From the NCBI GenBank assembly GCA_964520425.1, contig CAZFMX010000004.1:7526-71525 (forward strand): a stretch of 64,000 bases of DNA. Reading direction: 5' to 3'. This DNA comes from an uncultured Desulfobacteraceae bacterium. GTDB lineage: Bacteria; Desulfobacterota; DSM-4660; Desulfatiglandales; HGW-15. The translations under genes and the position numbers were made by a program. Positions 36,072 through 45,592 of this stretch are shown here, piece after piece. Every line of letters begins with the position of its first letter. Positions within the stretch are counted from its first letter, which is position 1. A model generated the notes under the pieces. That model saw only the letters and a program-made list of their open reading frames with translations. It ran no database searches and was not told the DNA's origin.

Positions 36072-37454
36072 CTACGGAAAGATCGGGTGAAATTCCGTCC
36101 TCCGGTTCAGCCCTTTGATCGCAGGATCTTTATTGGATACGATCGGTTTTGTGAGTCCGAAGCCTTTGATCGCGAGCTGGTTCGCCGGGACGCCCCTATC
36201 AATAAGATAGGACTGCACGGCTTTCGCCCGTAATATGGAAAGCTCTATGTTATACTCAGGGGTGAATATATCACACGTGTGCCCATGGAGTTCCATCTTC
36301 AGGTCAGGATTGAGCTTCAAAACCTCCGCGATCTCATCCAGCATGGGATAATACTCCGGCTTGATATCATATTTGTCCAGATCGAACTGCACTCTTCCAA
36401 GAATCCAGCACCCGTTTTCGTCGATTTTGGCTCCCTTAGGTGTCTGTAGGCATTTGTCGCAAGCATCACCCACACCGTCACAGTCTGTATCAGCCTGATC
36501 CATGTTGGCCTTCTCCGGGCAGTTGTCACACAGATCCCCAACACCGTCGCGGTCGGAGTCAATCTGATCCGGATTGGCTGTTTCAGCACAATTATCACAC
36601 TTGTCACCAATTCCGTCTCCATCACCATCTACCTGGTCAGGGTTGGGGACATCCGGGCAGTTGTCACATATATCGCCAAATCCGTCACCGTCACGGTCCG
36701 GCACTTTGGCCAAAAAGACTCGTGTCACAAAATCGGCCATCTTTTGAGGGGATGCTATCTCATCGGCATTGGACAAGGAGCCGCACCCGTTGATCGAGAC
36801 AATCTCCTTATACAGGCTCTTGCCCCTGGCGCTGTCTCCCACCTGCACAGTGTATATGCAGATCCTGTCTTCAAAAAGCTTCTTCATCTTCTCTACGGCA
36901 AATAAAGGGTTACCCAGGCCTTCGCCGTCACCGATCAGAATAACAGCCGTATTCCCTTGAAGCTCCTTCAGGTCCTCACAGGCCGCTTCAAGAGCGGTTC
37001 CCGGATGAGTCTCGCCGCCGGGAGATTTGAGATTTGCTATAGCCGCCTCAAAGCTCTCGGGAGTGTATTTTCTCATACCATAAACAAGGTCTGTCTCTTT
37101 TTTGGATTCCCAACCCGGGCCGAAGATCCTGAGACCTGCTATCAGTTGAATGTCGGGCATCGTCAGATCCATACGCCGGATCATTTCTTTGGCAATGGCC
37201 AGCTTTTGATTTTCTGAATAGGGGAGAGTCATGGAGTGGGACATGTCAAGAATGACCATGAAATTCTCCACCTTTTGAACGTACTTGCAGTTGTCGAGTA
37301 GGGGATTGAGATCAACCGGTACAAATCTCGCGCCTATATCCGCATAAGGGGCCATATCTCGGGTCGAATTTTCTGAGGCACAGGCCATCAGCAGTGTGGC
37401 GAGCAATAGAGTGAAGAATGTCTTGGCGTGATAACGATTCATCATATTGTGCAA
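36072..37454 (-). CDS. Lipoprotein with vWA domain, thrombospondin type-3 Ca-binding repeats and OmpA C-terminal peptidoglycan-binding domain
   Basis: It has a lipobox LLMAC and a MIDAS motif VILDMSHSM. It also has repeats DRDGDGFGDICDNCPDVPNPDQVDGDGDGIGDKCDNC... and an OmpA_C domain (LHGHTCDIFTPEYNIELSILRAKAV...NRRTEF). Confidence 0.85.
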   Translation of the reverse strand: MHNMMNRYHAKTFFTLLLATLLMACASENSTRDMAPYADIGARFVPVDLNPLLDNCKYVQKVENFMVILDMSHSMTLPYSENQKLAIAKEMIRRMDLTMPDIQLIAGLRIFGPGWESKKETDLVYGMRKYTPESFEAAIANLKSPGGETHPGTALEAACEDLKELQGNTAVILIGDGEGLGNPLFAVEKMKKLFEDRICIYTVQVGDSARGKSLYKEIVSINGCGSLSNADEIASPQKMADFVTRVFLAKVPDRDGDGFGDICDNCPDVPNPDQVDGDGDGIGDKCDNCAETANPDQIDSDRDGVGDLCDNCPEKANMDQADTDCDGVGDACDKCLQTPKGAKIDENGCWILGRVQFDLDKYDIKPEYYPMLDEIAEVLKLNPDLKMELHGHTCDIFTPEYNIELSILRAKAVQSYLIDRGVPANQLAIKGFGLTKPIVSNKDPAIKGLNRRTEFHPIFP

Positions 37455-37490
37455 CCTCCAAAGTCTGGGTGTTCTAGAGTGATGTTCAAT

Positions 37491-38243
37491 CTACTTGTCT
37501 TCAATTTTGTATCCGTTTTGGTACTTTTCCTCCAGAATCAAAGAGCCGGCCTCGGAAAAAGTCTTTTTCATGCCGTGAAGTTTTCCATCTTTATAGTACA
37601 CCTGTTCCTTCAACTGGCCGTTTTTATAAAAGTATTTACCCTCACCGTTCAGAGCACCATCTTTATATGTCAGGATCTCGCATTCAACACCCGATTGATA
37701 GTATTTCTTGTAGAGGCCGTCCAGCTTTCCACTCTTATAGTTTGCCTTGGACCAGCCGCTTTCAAAAAATTCAGTGGCGGGACCTTCCTTTTCCCCATCT
37801 ACATAGGTCCATTCAGCCCTCGTGTCTCCATTTTCATAATAGTCCCAGGCCAGGCCTTCTTTCATCCCATTCCTGTAGTTCACCTTTGCCTTGACAACAC
37901 CATTCTCGAAAAATTCCTGAGCCAGACCTTTTTCCTTTCCATCCTTGAAATTCGTCTCAGCCTTGATCTTGCCGTTTTCAAAGTATTCCTGAGCCAGGCC
38001 TTCTTTCTTTCCCAACTGGTAACTCACCTTTGCTTTAAGCATGCCGTTTTCAAAGTATTCCTGAGCCAGGCCTTCCTTTATCCCGTTTCTATACGGGATT
38101 TCTTCCTTTAGCTGCCCGCTGGGATAATATGACTTTTCAACCGTTATCAAAGGAGACTCTCGTCCGGCTTTTTTCGAATCCGCTGCGGTACACCCCAGGA
38201 CGAAAAGTAGGAGAAAAATGCTGATTTTTTTTATCGTTTTCAT
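37491..38243 (-). CDS. MORN/YwqK-repeat lipoprotein
   Basis: It has a signal/lipobox LLFVLGC and repeated units G(L/P)AxE(Y/F)(F/Y)ENG.... ATG 38243 is preferred over the ORF-track start at 38297. Confidence 0.75.
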   Translation of the reverse strand: MKTIKKISIFLLLFVLGCTAADSKKAGRESPLITVEKSYYPSGQLKEEIPYRNGIKEGLAQEYFENGMLKAKVSYQLGKKEGLAQEYFENGKIKAETNFKDGKEKGLAQEFFENGVVKAKVNYRNGMKEGLAWDYYENGDTRAEWTYVDGEKEGPATEFFESGWSKANYKSGKLDGLYKKYYQSGVECEILTYKDGALNGEGKYFYKNGQLKEQVYYKDGKLHGMKKTFSEAGSLILEEKYQNGYKIEDK

Positions 38244-38259
38244 ATAGCCCTCGATTACT

Positions 38260-38874
38260 CTATGGTTTTTCCAATGGGTAAGGTCCCCCCAAAGCAATCC
38301 AAACGCCGTTTACGTACCCCATTTCCGTATGAAATTTATCCGGAAAACGATTCGTGAGTGAGAAGTCATAACGCCGTTTGAGGCCGCCATGCTCCGTGAA
38401 ATAGACATCGGGCATTACCTCACCAAACTGAATGACGTTGATTTGTCCCCAATTTATGGTGTTTTCTTTTCTGGTCGTCCATCTCACTCTAAAGTGCCAT
38501 CTCCCGGGTGTATTATCTTCTTCATAGAACTTCTTCTCGTCTCTATTCCAATTGTTGAGGCCGATCGGATCTCTGTATCTGGCATGCCTCATCCAGTACC
38601 CGTCAAAACTAAAGGATGTATATTCGGTTCTGCGTGGACGATGGTAGTCTTTGAGTCGCGGCTCTGCGTTGTAGGTATTGCTTATCATGACAATCACTCC
38701 GTTGAAGCCGGGATCTCCACCGATGATCTTCATCGCCGTAGTAAACAGAAAATCATATGCTTCTTCAGCCATGAACTGATCTTTTTTGTTTTCAGCTAGA
38801 ATAATCCTCTGCCCAGCCAAAGTCAGCATTAGGCAAATGATGGCAAAGAGACATATTCTTTTCAAATGTTTCAT
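38260..38874 (-). CDS. Secreted hypothetical protein
   Basis: It has a signal peptide MKHLKRICLFAIICLMLTLAG starting at internal ATG 38874, and no recognisable domain. Confidence 0.5.
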   Translation of the reverse strand: MKHLKRICLFAIICLMLTLAGQRIILAENKKDQFMAEEAYDFLFTTAMKIIGGDPGFNGVIVMISNTYNAEPRLKDYHRPRRTEYTSFSFDGYWMRHARYRDPIGLNNWNRDEKKFYEEDNTPGRWHFRVRWTTRKENTINWGQINVIQFGEVMPDVYFTEHGGLKRRYDFSLTNRFPDKFHTEMGYVNGVWIALGGPYPLEKP

Positions 38875-39065
38875 GGCGACACTCTCATCATACAGGCATT
38901 TTCTTTTCTCTGAGAATCGAAGCACAACTGATACAGGACTTCCTTCAATAAACAGCCTTATAAAATGGCAAAACCAATGAGTCAAGACCCATTCATGTGT
39001 CGCTCAGTAGACGGGGTATGTCAAGTTAACTTGTTGATATGATGTAAAAAAGTTCATCTAATGCC

Positions 39066-39081
39066 AGGCACTAGGATTGCA
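39066..39081 (+). promoter_or_regulatory. Sigma-54 (-24/-12) type promoter candidate upstream of the polysaccharide export genes
   Basis: AGGCAC-N5-TTGCA has GG-N10-GC spacing. It lies about 225 nt upstream of the Wza-like start. Confidence 0.5.
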
Positions 39082-39304
39082 GAATTCTATCGCTTTTCCC
39101 CATGTTCTGCGGGAAGATCTTTTTTTTCCACTATACTGGTATCATTCTTCAAGGAGAATTTCCAGAATTATGTCAGATCCTGAATAGATTACGTCAATTT
39201 TTTTATTGACTTAAGCATTACCTTTACATTATCTAATCGAAGGAAACAATCCAAAAAATGTCACTATCCTTTCACTATCTTTACAAAATATAGCATTCAA
39301 AAGG

Positions 39305-40072
39305 ATGAGGCGCATGATGCACTTATTAATCTCTTTGCGGGTTATCAGGCTGTTCAGCGTTGTTGGAGCAGTCTGTGTAATTGTCATCCTCTTCGGTTGC
39401 GGAAGCTCTCCATATATATCAGATCCATACTCGGAATTGCAGCCGGTTCCCAGATCCAGGGTGACTCTTGGTCCTGGAGATGATATCGAGATTAATTTTA
39501 CATACTTACCGCGTTTCAACCTAAGCCGAACCATCCAGCGAGATGGGGAAATTCAATTACCATTTATCGGCACGATCATGGCCCAGGGGAAAACCCCCAA
39601 CGAACTGAGAGAAGAATTGATGCAGCTTTACGCCAAAGAGATGAAGCATCCGGACCTCGTCGTCATCTCTCGAACATTGGTGCAGGATCAGGTCTTCGTG
39701 GGAGGGGAGGTTAAAGAGCCCGCTTCATTGAATCTGGCCGGTCAGATGACGGCCCTTCAAGCCATCATGCGGGCGGGCGGTTTTGATATGAGATCTGCTG
39801 AGGTTAAAAACGTGGTCGTCATACGACACAAGGACGGCCAAAGATACGGCTGTGCCCTTGATTTCAGTGATGTCCTGAAGGGCAAGGAAGGACGACCCTT
39901 TTACCTGGAGCCGTACGATATTGTGTGGGTCCCCCGGACCAGAATCGCTAGGATCAACCAGTGGATCGATCAATACATCAACAAAATCGTGCCACAGACC
40001 GGATTCTTCTATTCATATACATCCGGCAATAAAACAATCGGGATTGATACGAACCCGTATAATGTACAGTGA
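39305..40072 (+). CDS. wza: Polysaccharide export outer-membrane lipoprotein (Wza/EpsE family)
   Basis: It has a lipobox LFGCGS and a Poly_export-like segment (LGPGDDIEINF...DGEIQLPFIGTIMAQGKTPNELREEL) followed by an SLBB-like part. Confidence 0.8.
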   Translation: MRRMMHLLISLRVIRLFSVVGAVCVIVILFGCGSSPYISDPYSELQPVPRSRVTLGPGDDIEINFTYLPRFNLSRTIQRDGEIQLPFIGTIMAQGKTPNELREELMQLYAKEMKHPDLVVISRTLVQDQVFVGGEVKEPASLNLAGQMTALQAIMRAGGFDMRSAEVKNVVVIRHKDGQRYGCALDFSDVLKGKEGRPFYLEPYDIVWVPRTRIARINQWIDQYINKIVPQTGFFYSYTSGNKTIGIDTNPYNVQ

Positions 40073-40217
40073 TCATGTCACTGACTGTGCAGGCTTAAAC
40101 AGAGACTTAGACCCCAAGAAACTCAGGCGTCGTATCGTTTCGAGATTTCTTGTCATGAAATTCTGTCATTTGGAAAATTTGAAGGGGCAATGGGCTTGGC
40201 AGTGAACCACATTTGCT

Positions 40218-42398
40218 TTGATAAACAGCTTTGGAGATGAAATGCAGGAAAAAACATATAAACAGCCGTCTTCAGATAATCTCCTAAGAAATTTCTATAG
40301 TGTGGTCTTCCGGTATAAACGGAATCTCATTCTGTTCTTCGTGTGCGTGATGATAGCCGTGATCCTAGGGACTTTGCTGATGCCTGATGTGTATCAATCC
40401 GATGCCAAACTGTTGGTCCAAATCGGCCGGGAAAGCATCAATCTGGATGAGACCACCACGGAAGTACAACCGGTTAACATTCTTCTCAGCAGGGAACAGG
40501 AACTGAATTCAGAGGTAGAGATTCTCATCAGTGAGGAGCTTGCTGCCTCGGTTGTGGATTCTCTCGGCGTGGATACTATCCTGGATGATGAAATGCCCGC
40601 TGGTGAAGGGGTCTCTTCACCGATATCTTCCCCAAAAGAAAGCGAGCGCGGCCGTGCCATCAAAAAATTGATGAATAACCTGACCATTGAGGTCGTTCAG
40701 ACAAGCAATATTATCGATCTGGCATATACGGCTGAAAACCCCCGAGTGGCCATGGCGACCCTCTCTGATGTCATTGAACGCTACCTTGAAAAACGTTTTA
40801 AGATATATCGTACGGAAGGAGCCTATGATTTCTTTGATCAACAAAAACAGATGTTGGGGGATGAACTCGCAAGGACTGAGGATAGGATCAAAGCGATCAA
40901 ATCGACATCCGGCGTAGGCTCAGTGGAGGATCAGAGGCGTTTTCTCCTGGAAAGAAAATCTTTGATGCAAAGAGACAAAGAAGAAACAGACTCCGCCATT
41001 GCCGCTTCTACAGCCAAAATCGGTGTCCTGAAAGAAGTGATATCAGTGCTTCCCGAGAGATTGATAACCAACGAGACTACAGGAGGGGCATTGTCAGCGG
41101 CGGATACTATGCGAGAGGCGGTTAATGAACTTCAGTTGAAGCAAAACGAAATCTTAACCGATTTTACCGATACGAGTATATTCGCCCAGGATATCCGAAA
41201 GCAGATTGATGGTGCCAAAATGCTTCTCACTGAAGCGATTGATGCCAAGACAGTAGAACGAGGACTCAACGAGACACGTCAAGCCCTGGAATTGGATTTG
41301 GCGACCGAAGAAGCATTGCTTGCGTCACTTCAAGCAAAGGCCGTAACACTGACTGGCCTAGTGGATAAAGTAGAGACCGAGCTACAAGATATTATCGAAA
41401 CAGAAGATAAACTTAATCGCCTTGAGAGGGAGAAGGAACTACAGGAGGATAATTACAGGAAATACGCGGGGGACCTCGAGGAATCCCGGATCGATGGAAT
41501 CCTAGAACAGGCACAGATTTCCAACATCCGCGTTTTCCAGGCGCCTACTTTACCTCAAACGCCGGTCAGCCCAAAACCTCTGCTTAATCTCCTTCTTGGA
41601 GCCTTGGTGGGTCTTCTCGGCGGGCTTGGGCTTGTGTTGTTGACTGACTACTTTGACCATACGTTGAAAACGCCTGAAGATATTGAAGGAAAGTTGCAGA
41701 TCCCCGTATTGGGAGCTATCCCATTCTTGGAACAAGGAGTACCGCCGGAGTATGGTGAATCATCTGAGCTGAAAACTCAGTGTGAGATCCTGTTGGAACG
41801 TTTGATGGCCTTGATAAAGGACGAAAGGGAATCCCAACGTGTCTTTTCCATTACAAGCTGCCATCATGGTGAAGGGGTCAGCACAATCTCGGCCTACCTG
41901 GCCGGCGCGCTGGCTGATCGAGGATATGGAAGGGTACTCCTCGTAGACACAAACTTTGAGGATCCCTTGACTCATCAGATTTTTGGCATAGATAGCGCCC
42001 CCGGATTGGCAGACATGCTTGTATCAGGCCAAAGCCAGAGCTCTTTTATTCAGCCGTCTTCTGTCAATAATCTGGACATACTCTGTGCAGGACAGACTGA
42101 CGAACCAATCAATAGATACATTTTTGAATCAAAGGTATTTACTGATTTGCTTGGATACTTGAAGAATGAATATACTTTTGTCCTTTTCGACACGCCGGCC
42201 GTTTGGGAAGAAAGTCATGCCGTCATACTGGGTGGCTTGCTTGATAGTGTCGTCCTGGTTGTCGCAGCCGAGGAGACTCGGTGGGAAGTTGCTTATCGAG
42301 CAAAAGATCGACTGACCAAAGCCGGGGCAAATCTGCTGGGCGGTATTCTCAATAAGAGACGTTTTTATGTTCCGAAACGGCTATATCAGAGCATATAG
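40218..42398 (+). CDS. Wzc-like chain-length determinant fused to a BY-kinase-like P-loop domain with degenerate Walker A
   Basis: It has an N-terminal Wzz TM region plus coiled coil and a second TM. The C-terminal domain has SCHHGEGVST (V where the Walker A Lys is expected), VLLVDTN and FVLFDTPA. The Tyr tail is poor (only two Tyr). Confidence 0.8.
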   Translation: MINSFGDEMQEKTYKQPSSDNLLRNFYSVVFRYKRNLILFFVCVMIAVILGTLLMPDVYQSDAKLLVQIGRESINLDETTTEVQPVNILLSREQELNSEVEILISEELAASVVDSLGVDTILDDEMPAGEGVSSPISSPKESERGRAIKKLMNNLTIEVVQTSNIIDLAYTAENPRVAMATLSDVIERYLEKRFKIYRTEGAYDFFDQQKQMLGDELARTEDRIKAIKSTSGVGSVEDQRRFLLERKSLMQRDKEETDSAIAASTAKIGVLKEVISVLPERLITNETTGGALSAADTMREAVNELQLKQNEILTDFTDTSIFAQDIRKQIDGAKMLLTEAIDAKTVERGLNETRQALELDLATEEALLASLQAKAVTLTGLVDKVETELQDIIETEDKLNRLEREKELQEDNYRKYAGDLEESRIDGILEQAQISNIRVFQAPTLPQTPVSPKPLLNLLLGALVGLLGGLGLVLLTDYFDHTLKTPEDIEGKLQIPVLGAIPFLEQGVPPEYGESSELKTQCEILLERLMALIKDERESQRVFSITSCHHGEGVSTISAYLAGALADRGYGRVLLVDTNFEDPLTHQIFGIDSAPGLADMLVSGQSQSSFIQPSSVNNLDILCAGQTDEPINRYIFESKVFTDLLGYLKNEYTFVLFDTPAVWEESHAVILGGLLDSVVLVVAAEETRWEVAYRAKDRLTKAGANLLGGILNKRRFYVPKRLYQSI

Positions 42399-42663
42399 CG
42401 AGTTTAACCTCTAAAACATATCGCTTTCAACGAATGGACTAAGGTCTGACCTCCCTCTTAGAGACCACCCGCATAATCCATGTTAGACATATACATCGGC
42501 TTTGCTCCTTCAGTCCAGTTCCTGTATAATAACAAGACAGACATGTAGGTCTATTTATTCTGTTAGAATGTGGATGAACGAATAGGAAGTTATAGCAGAA
42601 TTTATTTATTCAAACTTAATAAGAGAACTCGATATCTTCTGGCAGGTTGTTTTCAGTTCACCC

Positions 42664-43647
42664 ATGAAAGTCATTGAGACGATAGAGCGAAATTTTTGGA
42701 AAGAGATTGCGCGAAGCTGTCCGCACGCCACCTTTTTCCACACCCCATATTGGTCGGACTTAATGGTCAAGACCTTCTCCTATCTCGATATGACAAAAGG
42801 ATTCCTTTTTGATGACGGAACGAGGGCAGTCTTCCCTTTCATGCGGGAAAAGAGCTCTTCACTAAGGAGAGCCTTGGGATGGAATAACTACATTTCAGGT
42901 GCCGCCTACACCTATGGCGGGCCCATTTCCGATAGGCCTCTTAGTCAAGATCAGATCGATGAACTTGATGAATACATAGGCTCAATGGTCAAAAGACACC
43001 ATATGTTTGTCATTCGGGGCAATCCCTTTGCCCCAAAAAAAGACCTTCCCGGCTTTAAGAAAATTGAGGATGTATCCCATGTGGTTGAATTGTCTAAATG
43101 CCTGGATGAAAAAGATCTCCTGGAGAAATATCATAAAAGAAACAGAGATGGGGTTAAGAAAAACCTAAAAGATAATGTGCTCGAAATAAGGAAAGCGGAT
43201 TCACTGAATGAATACAAAAAACTATACAGAATATACCTGAAATCGACCACGCACTGGGAACACATCCTGACAGACTACCCTTTTACATTGTTTCAGAATA
43301 TCTGTGATCTAAAGAGTGAATATATCAGACTATGGTCTGTTTATTTCAAGAATAGAATGATTGGTGGAGAGATCATGCTATATTGGAATGATTACTGCAC
43401 AGGCTTCGTCTCCTATTATGACAGAGAATATTCAAAATTACAGGGGAGGCAGTATATGTTACATCATGCTTTCATGTATTGCCTGGCAAAAGGGATAAAG
43501 TATTATGATTTTCGGCAGAGTGGCGGGATAAAAGGAGTGGCAGATTTCAAGAGGCGAATGGGAGGGAAAGTATATTTCCATAGCGCCTGGATTAAAGAAA
43601 ACAGGATCGCAAAAGGAATTACGGCTATAAAGAAGCCCCTGGCATAG
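42664..43647 (+). CDS. FemAB-like / GNAT-fold (BioF2-like) acyl- or aminoacyl-transferase
   Basis: The size and pattern (FFHTPYWSDL..., GGEIMLYWNDYCTGFVSYYDREYSKL..., YYDFRQSGG) are typical of EPS-locus FemAB-family proteins. Confidence 0.55.
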   Translation: MKVIETIERNFWKEIARSCPHATFFHTPYWSDLMVKTFSYLDMTKGFLFDDGTRAVFPFMREKSSSLRRALGWNNYISGAAYTYGGPISDRPLSQDQIDELDEYIGSMVKRHHMFVIRGNPFAPKKDLPGFKKIEDVSHVVELSKCLDEKDLLEKYHKRNRDGVKKNLKDNVLEIRKADSLNEYKKLYRIYLKSTTHWEHILTDYPFTLFQNICDLKSEYIRLWSVYFKNRMIGGEIMLYWNDYCTGFVSYYDREYSKLQGRQYMLHHAFMYCLAKGIKYYDFRQSGGIKGVADFKRRMGGKVYFHSAWIKENRIAKGITAIKKPLA

Positions 43648-43666
43648 AAGATAACGGGCTCGTACT

Positions 43667-45592
43667 ATGAATCATTTTATGGGGATCAAGTTGCCCAGAA
43701 GTATAATCAGGAAAACTTCAGCACTCGGAAAAAGTGCACTCGATTATCTAGAATATGTTTTTATGAAAGACGGAAAAGACGACACGATCCGGTTCTCCCG
43801 TGTAACACATGGAGAAGACTGTGAAGAACATTTAAGGAATGGAAAGAGGGTTTTCAAGTTTTCTACTGATGACTATGATGATCTCTTCCCTGATAAAAAA
43901 CAAGAAAAAACAGATACCGCAACAGTGATATGTCAGCATGTTTTTGACCTTCTCTCAAGCGGGCCTAAGGAATTGAGCCAACCTGGAGATGGATATCAAC
44001 CAATTGACTGGCATACGGATTTTAAATCAGGTTATCGTTGGGATCCGCAAAACCTTCACAGCCGCGTCCGCTTTGGAGACAAACCGGGTGTTGATATCAA
44101 GGTCCCATGGGAGTTGTCCCGGTTTCAGCACTTGCCCCTATTGGGACAGGCTTATGTCCTGACAGGGAACAAAGCATATGCCGATGAATTCAGAAATCAA
44201 ATCGATGACTGGATAAGAAACAACAGGGTCGGTTTCGGAGTGAACTGGGCAAGCACCATGGATGTCGCTATCAGGGCGGCAAACTGGTTGGTCGCTCAAG
44301 AATATTTCCTTGACGAATCTGTTTTCTCTAAGGATTTTTGGCGGTCCTTTTTCTTAAGCATTTATAATCACGGCAGATTCATCCAGCGACATCTAGAGAA
44401 GAAAATACCGAAGGCTAACCATTATCTCTCCAATATTGTCGGTCTTTTTTTTATCGCCCTGTATTGTCCGTTTTTTAAGGAAAGCGATAGATGGCGGCGT
44501 TTCTGTATGAGGGAATTGGAAAGGGAAATCAAGAAACAGGTCTATGACGATGGCTGTAACTTCGAAGGATCTACAGCGTATCATCGATTGGTTTTAGAGC
44601 TATTCTTTTATTCTGACGTTCTTGCACAAAGATGCGGGATATGCTTTTCTTCCGCCTATAACAAAAAACTCAAAAAAATGTTCACATTTTCCCTGTATTC
44701 TTTGAAGCCTGACGGTAGAATTCCCCAAATCGGAGATAATGACAGTGGAAGGTTTCTGATTTTTACCAGCAGACCGACACTTGATCATGCCTATCTTCTC
44801 TCATTGGCGGCGATTCATTTTCGGGATTCGGATTTTAAACTTAAAATCTTTCCATTTGATGAAGAGGCCTTTTGGGTATTCGGGAAAGAGGGACATGGAA
44901 TTTGGAAAGACCTGCCATACCGGAAGGAAGAACTCTGTTCCAAGGCTTTTCCTGACGCCGGCTGGTATGTCATGAGGCATAAAAATCATTACTGTTTTGT
45001 GTCTTGCGGACCTAATGAACAAGTCGGTAAGGGTGCCCATACACACAATGATAGGCTGAGTTTTGAATTGATGCTCAATGGTAAAGACATTATCGTGGAT
45101 CCTGGCACCTATACATATACCCCATTTCCTGAATGGCGAAACAGATTTCGGAGCACATCGTTTCATAATACCATTAAAATAGATCGTATTGAACAAAATG
45201 ACATTTCAGGCGATCTTTTTGAGATGATTCAAGGCACAAAATGCCGCCAATGTGAATTGACCGAGACTGATAATGCCATTGTTTTTAAAGGGTCCATGGA
45301 ATATCCTGGAAAGAATATAACTCATAAAAGAAATATCGTCGTGTATAATGATGGAAAGACTTGTGAAATAAACGAACGAATATTGGGCGATATGCCTCAC
45401 AAACTGACCTTTAATCTCTGCTTGGGTAATGGGGCTCGTGATTACGATATTTCTTTGCAGAATGGATCTTTTATTGAGAAAGAAGGGGCCTATTCAAGAG
45501 AATATGGTCACAAAGAAGGGGCTGTATTTCTCAGATCCATGATAGATATAAACACGGATTTCACGAATAAAATTCGAATCAGAAAGAGATGA
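43667..45592 (+). CDS. Heparinase II/III-like family protein
   Basis: It has IDWHTDFKSGYRW, VPWELSRFQHLPLLGQAY, and a later HTHNDRLSFEL pattern. Confidence 0.6.
   Translation: MNHFMGIKLPRSIIRKTSALGKSALDYLEYVFMKDGKDDTIRFSRVTHGEDCEEHLRNGKRVFKFSTDDYDDLFPDKKQEKTDTATVICQHVFDLLSSGPKELSQPGDGYQPIDWHTDFKSGYRWDPQNLHSRVRFGDKPGVDIKVPWELSRFQHLPLLGQAYVLTGNKAYADEFRNQIDDWIRNNRVGFGVNWASTMDVAIRAANWLVAQEYFLDESVFSKDFWRSFFLSIYNHGRFIQRHLEKKIPKANHYLSNIVGLFFIALYCPFFKESDRWRRFCMRELEREIKKQVYDDGCNFEGSTAYHRLVLELFFYSDVLAQRCGICFSSAYNKKLKKMFTFSLYSLKPDGRIPQIGDNDSGRFLIFTSRPTLDHAYLLSLAAIHFRDSDFKLKIFPFDEEAFWVFGKEGHGIWKDLPYRKEELCSKAFPDAGWYVMRHKNHYCFVSCGPNEQVGKGAHTHNDRLSFELMLNGKDIIVDPGTYTYTPFPEWRNRFRSTSFHNTIKIDRIEQNDISGDLFEMIQGTKCRQCELTETDNAIVFKGSMEYPGKNITHKRNIVVYNDGKTCEINERILGDMPHKLTFNLCLGNGARDYDISLQNGSFIEKEGAYSREYGHKEGAVFLRSMIDINTDFTNKIRIRKR

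Noticed and set aside
42640-42656. A sigma-54-like sequence TGGCAG-N5-TTTCA just upstream of the FemAB-like gene
   Set aside because: The -12 element lacks the conserved GC (TTTCA instead of TTGCA). The motif also ends only about 8 nt before the ATG at 42664, leaving no room for a leader and ribosome-binding site.
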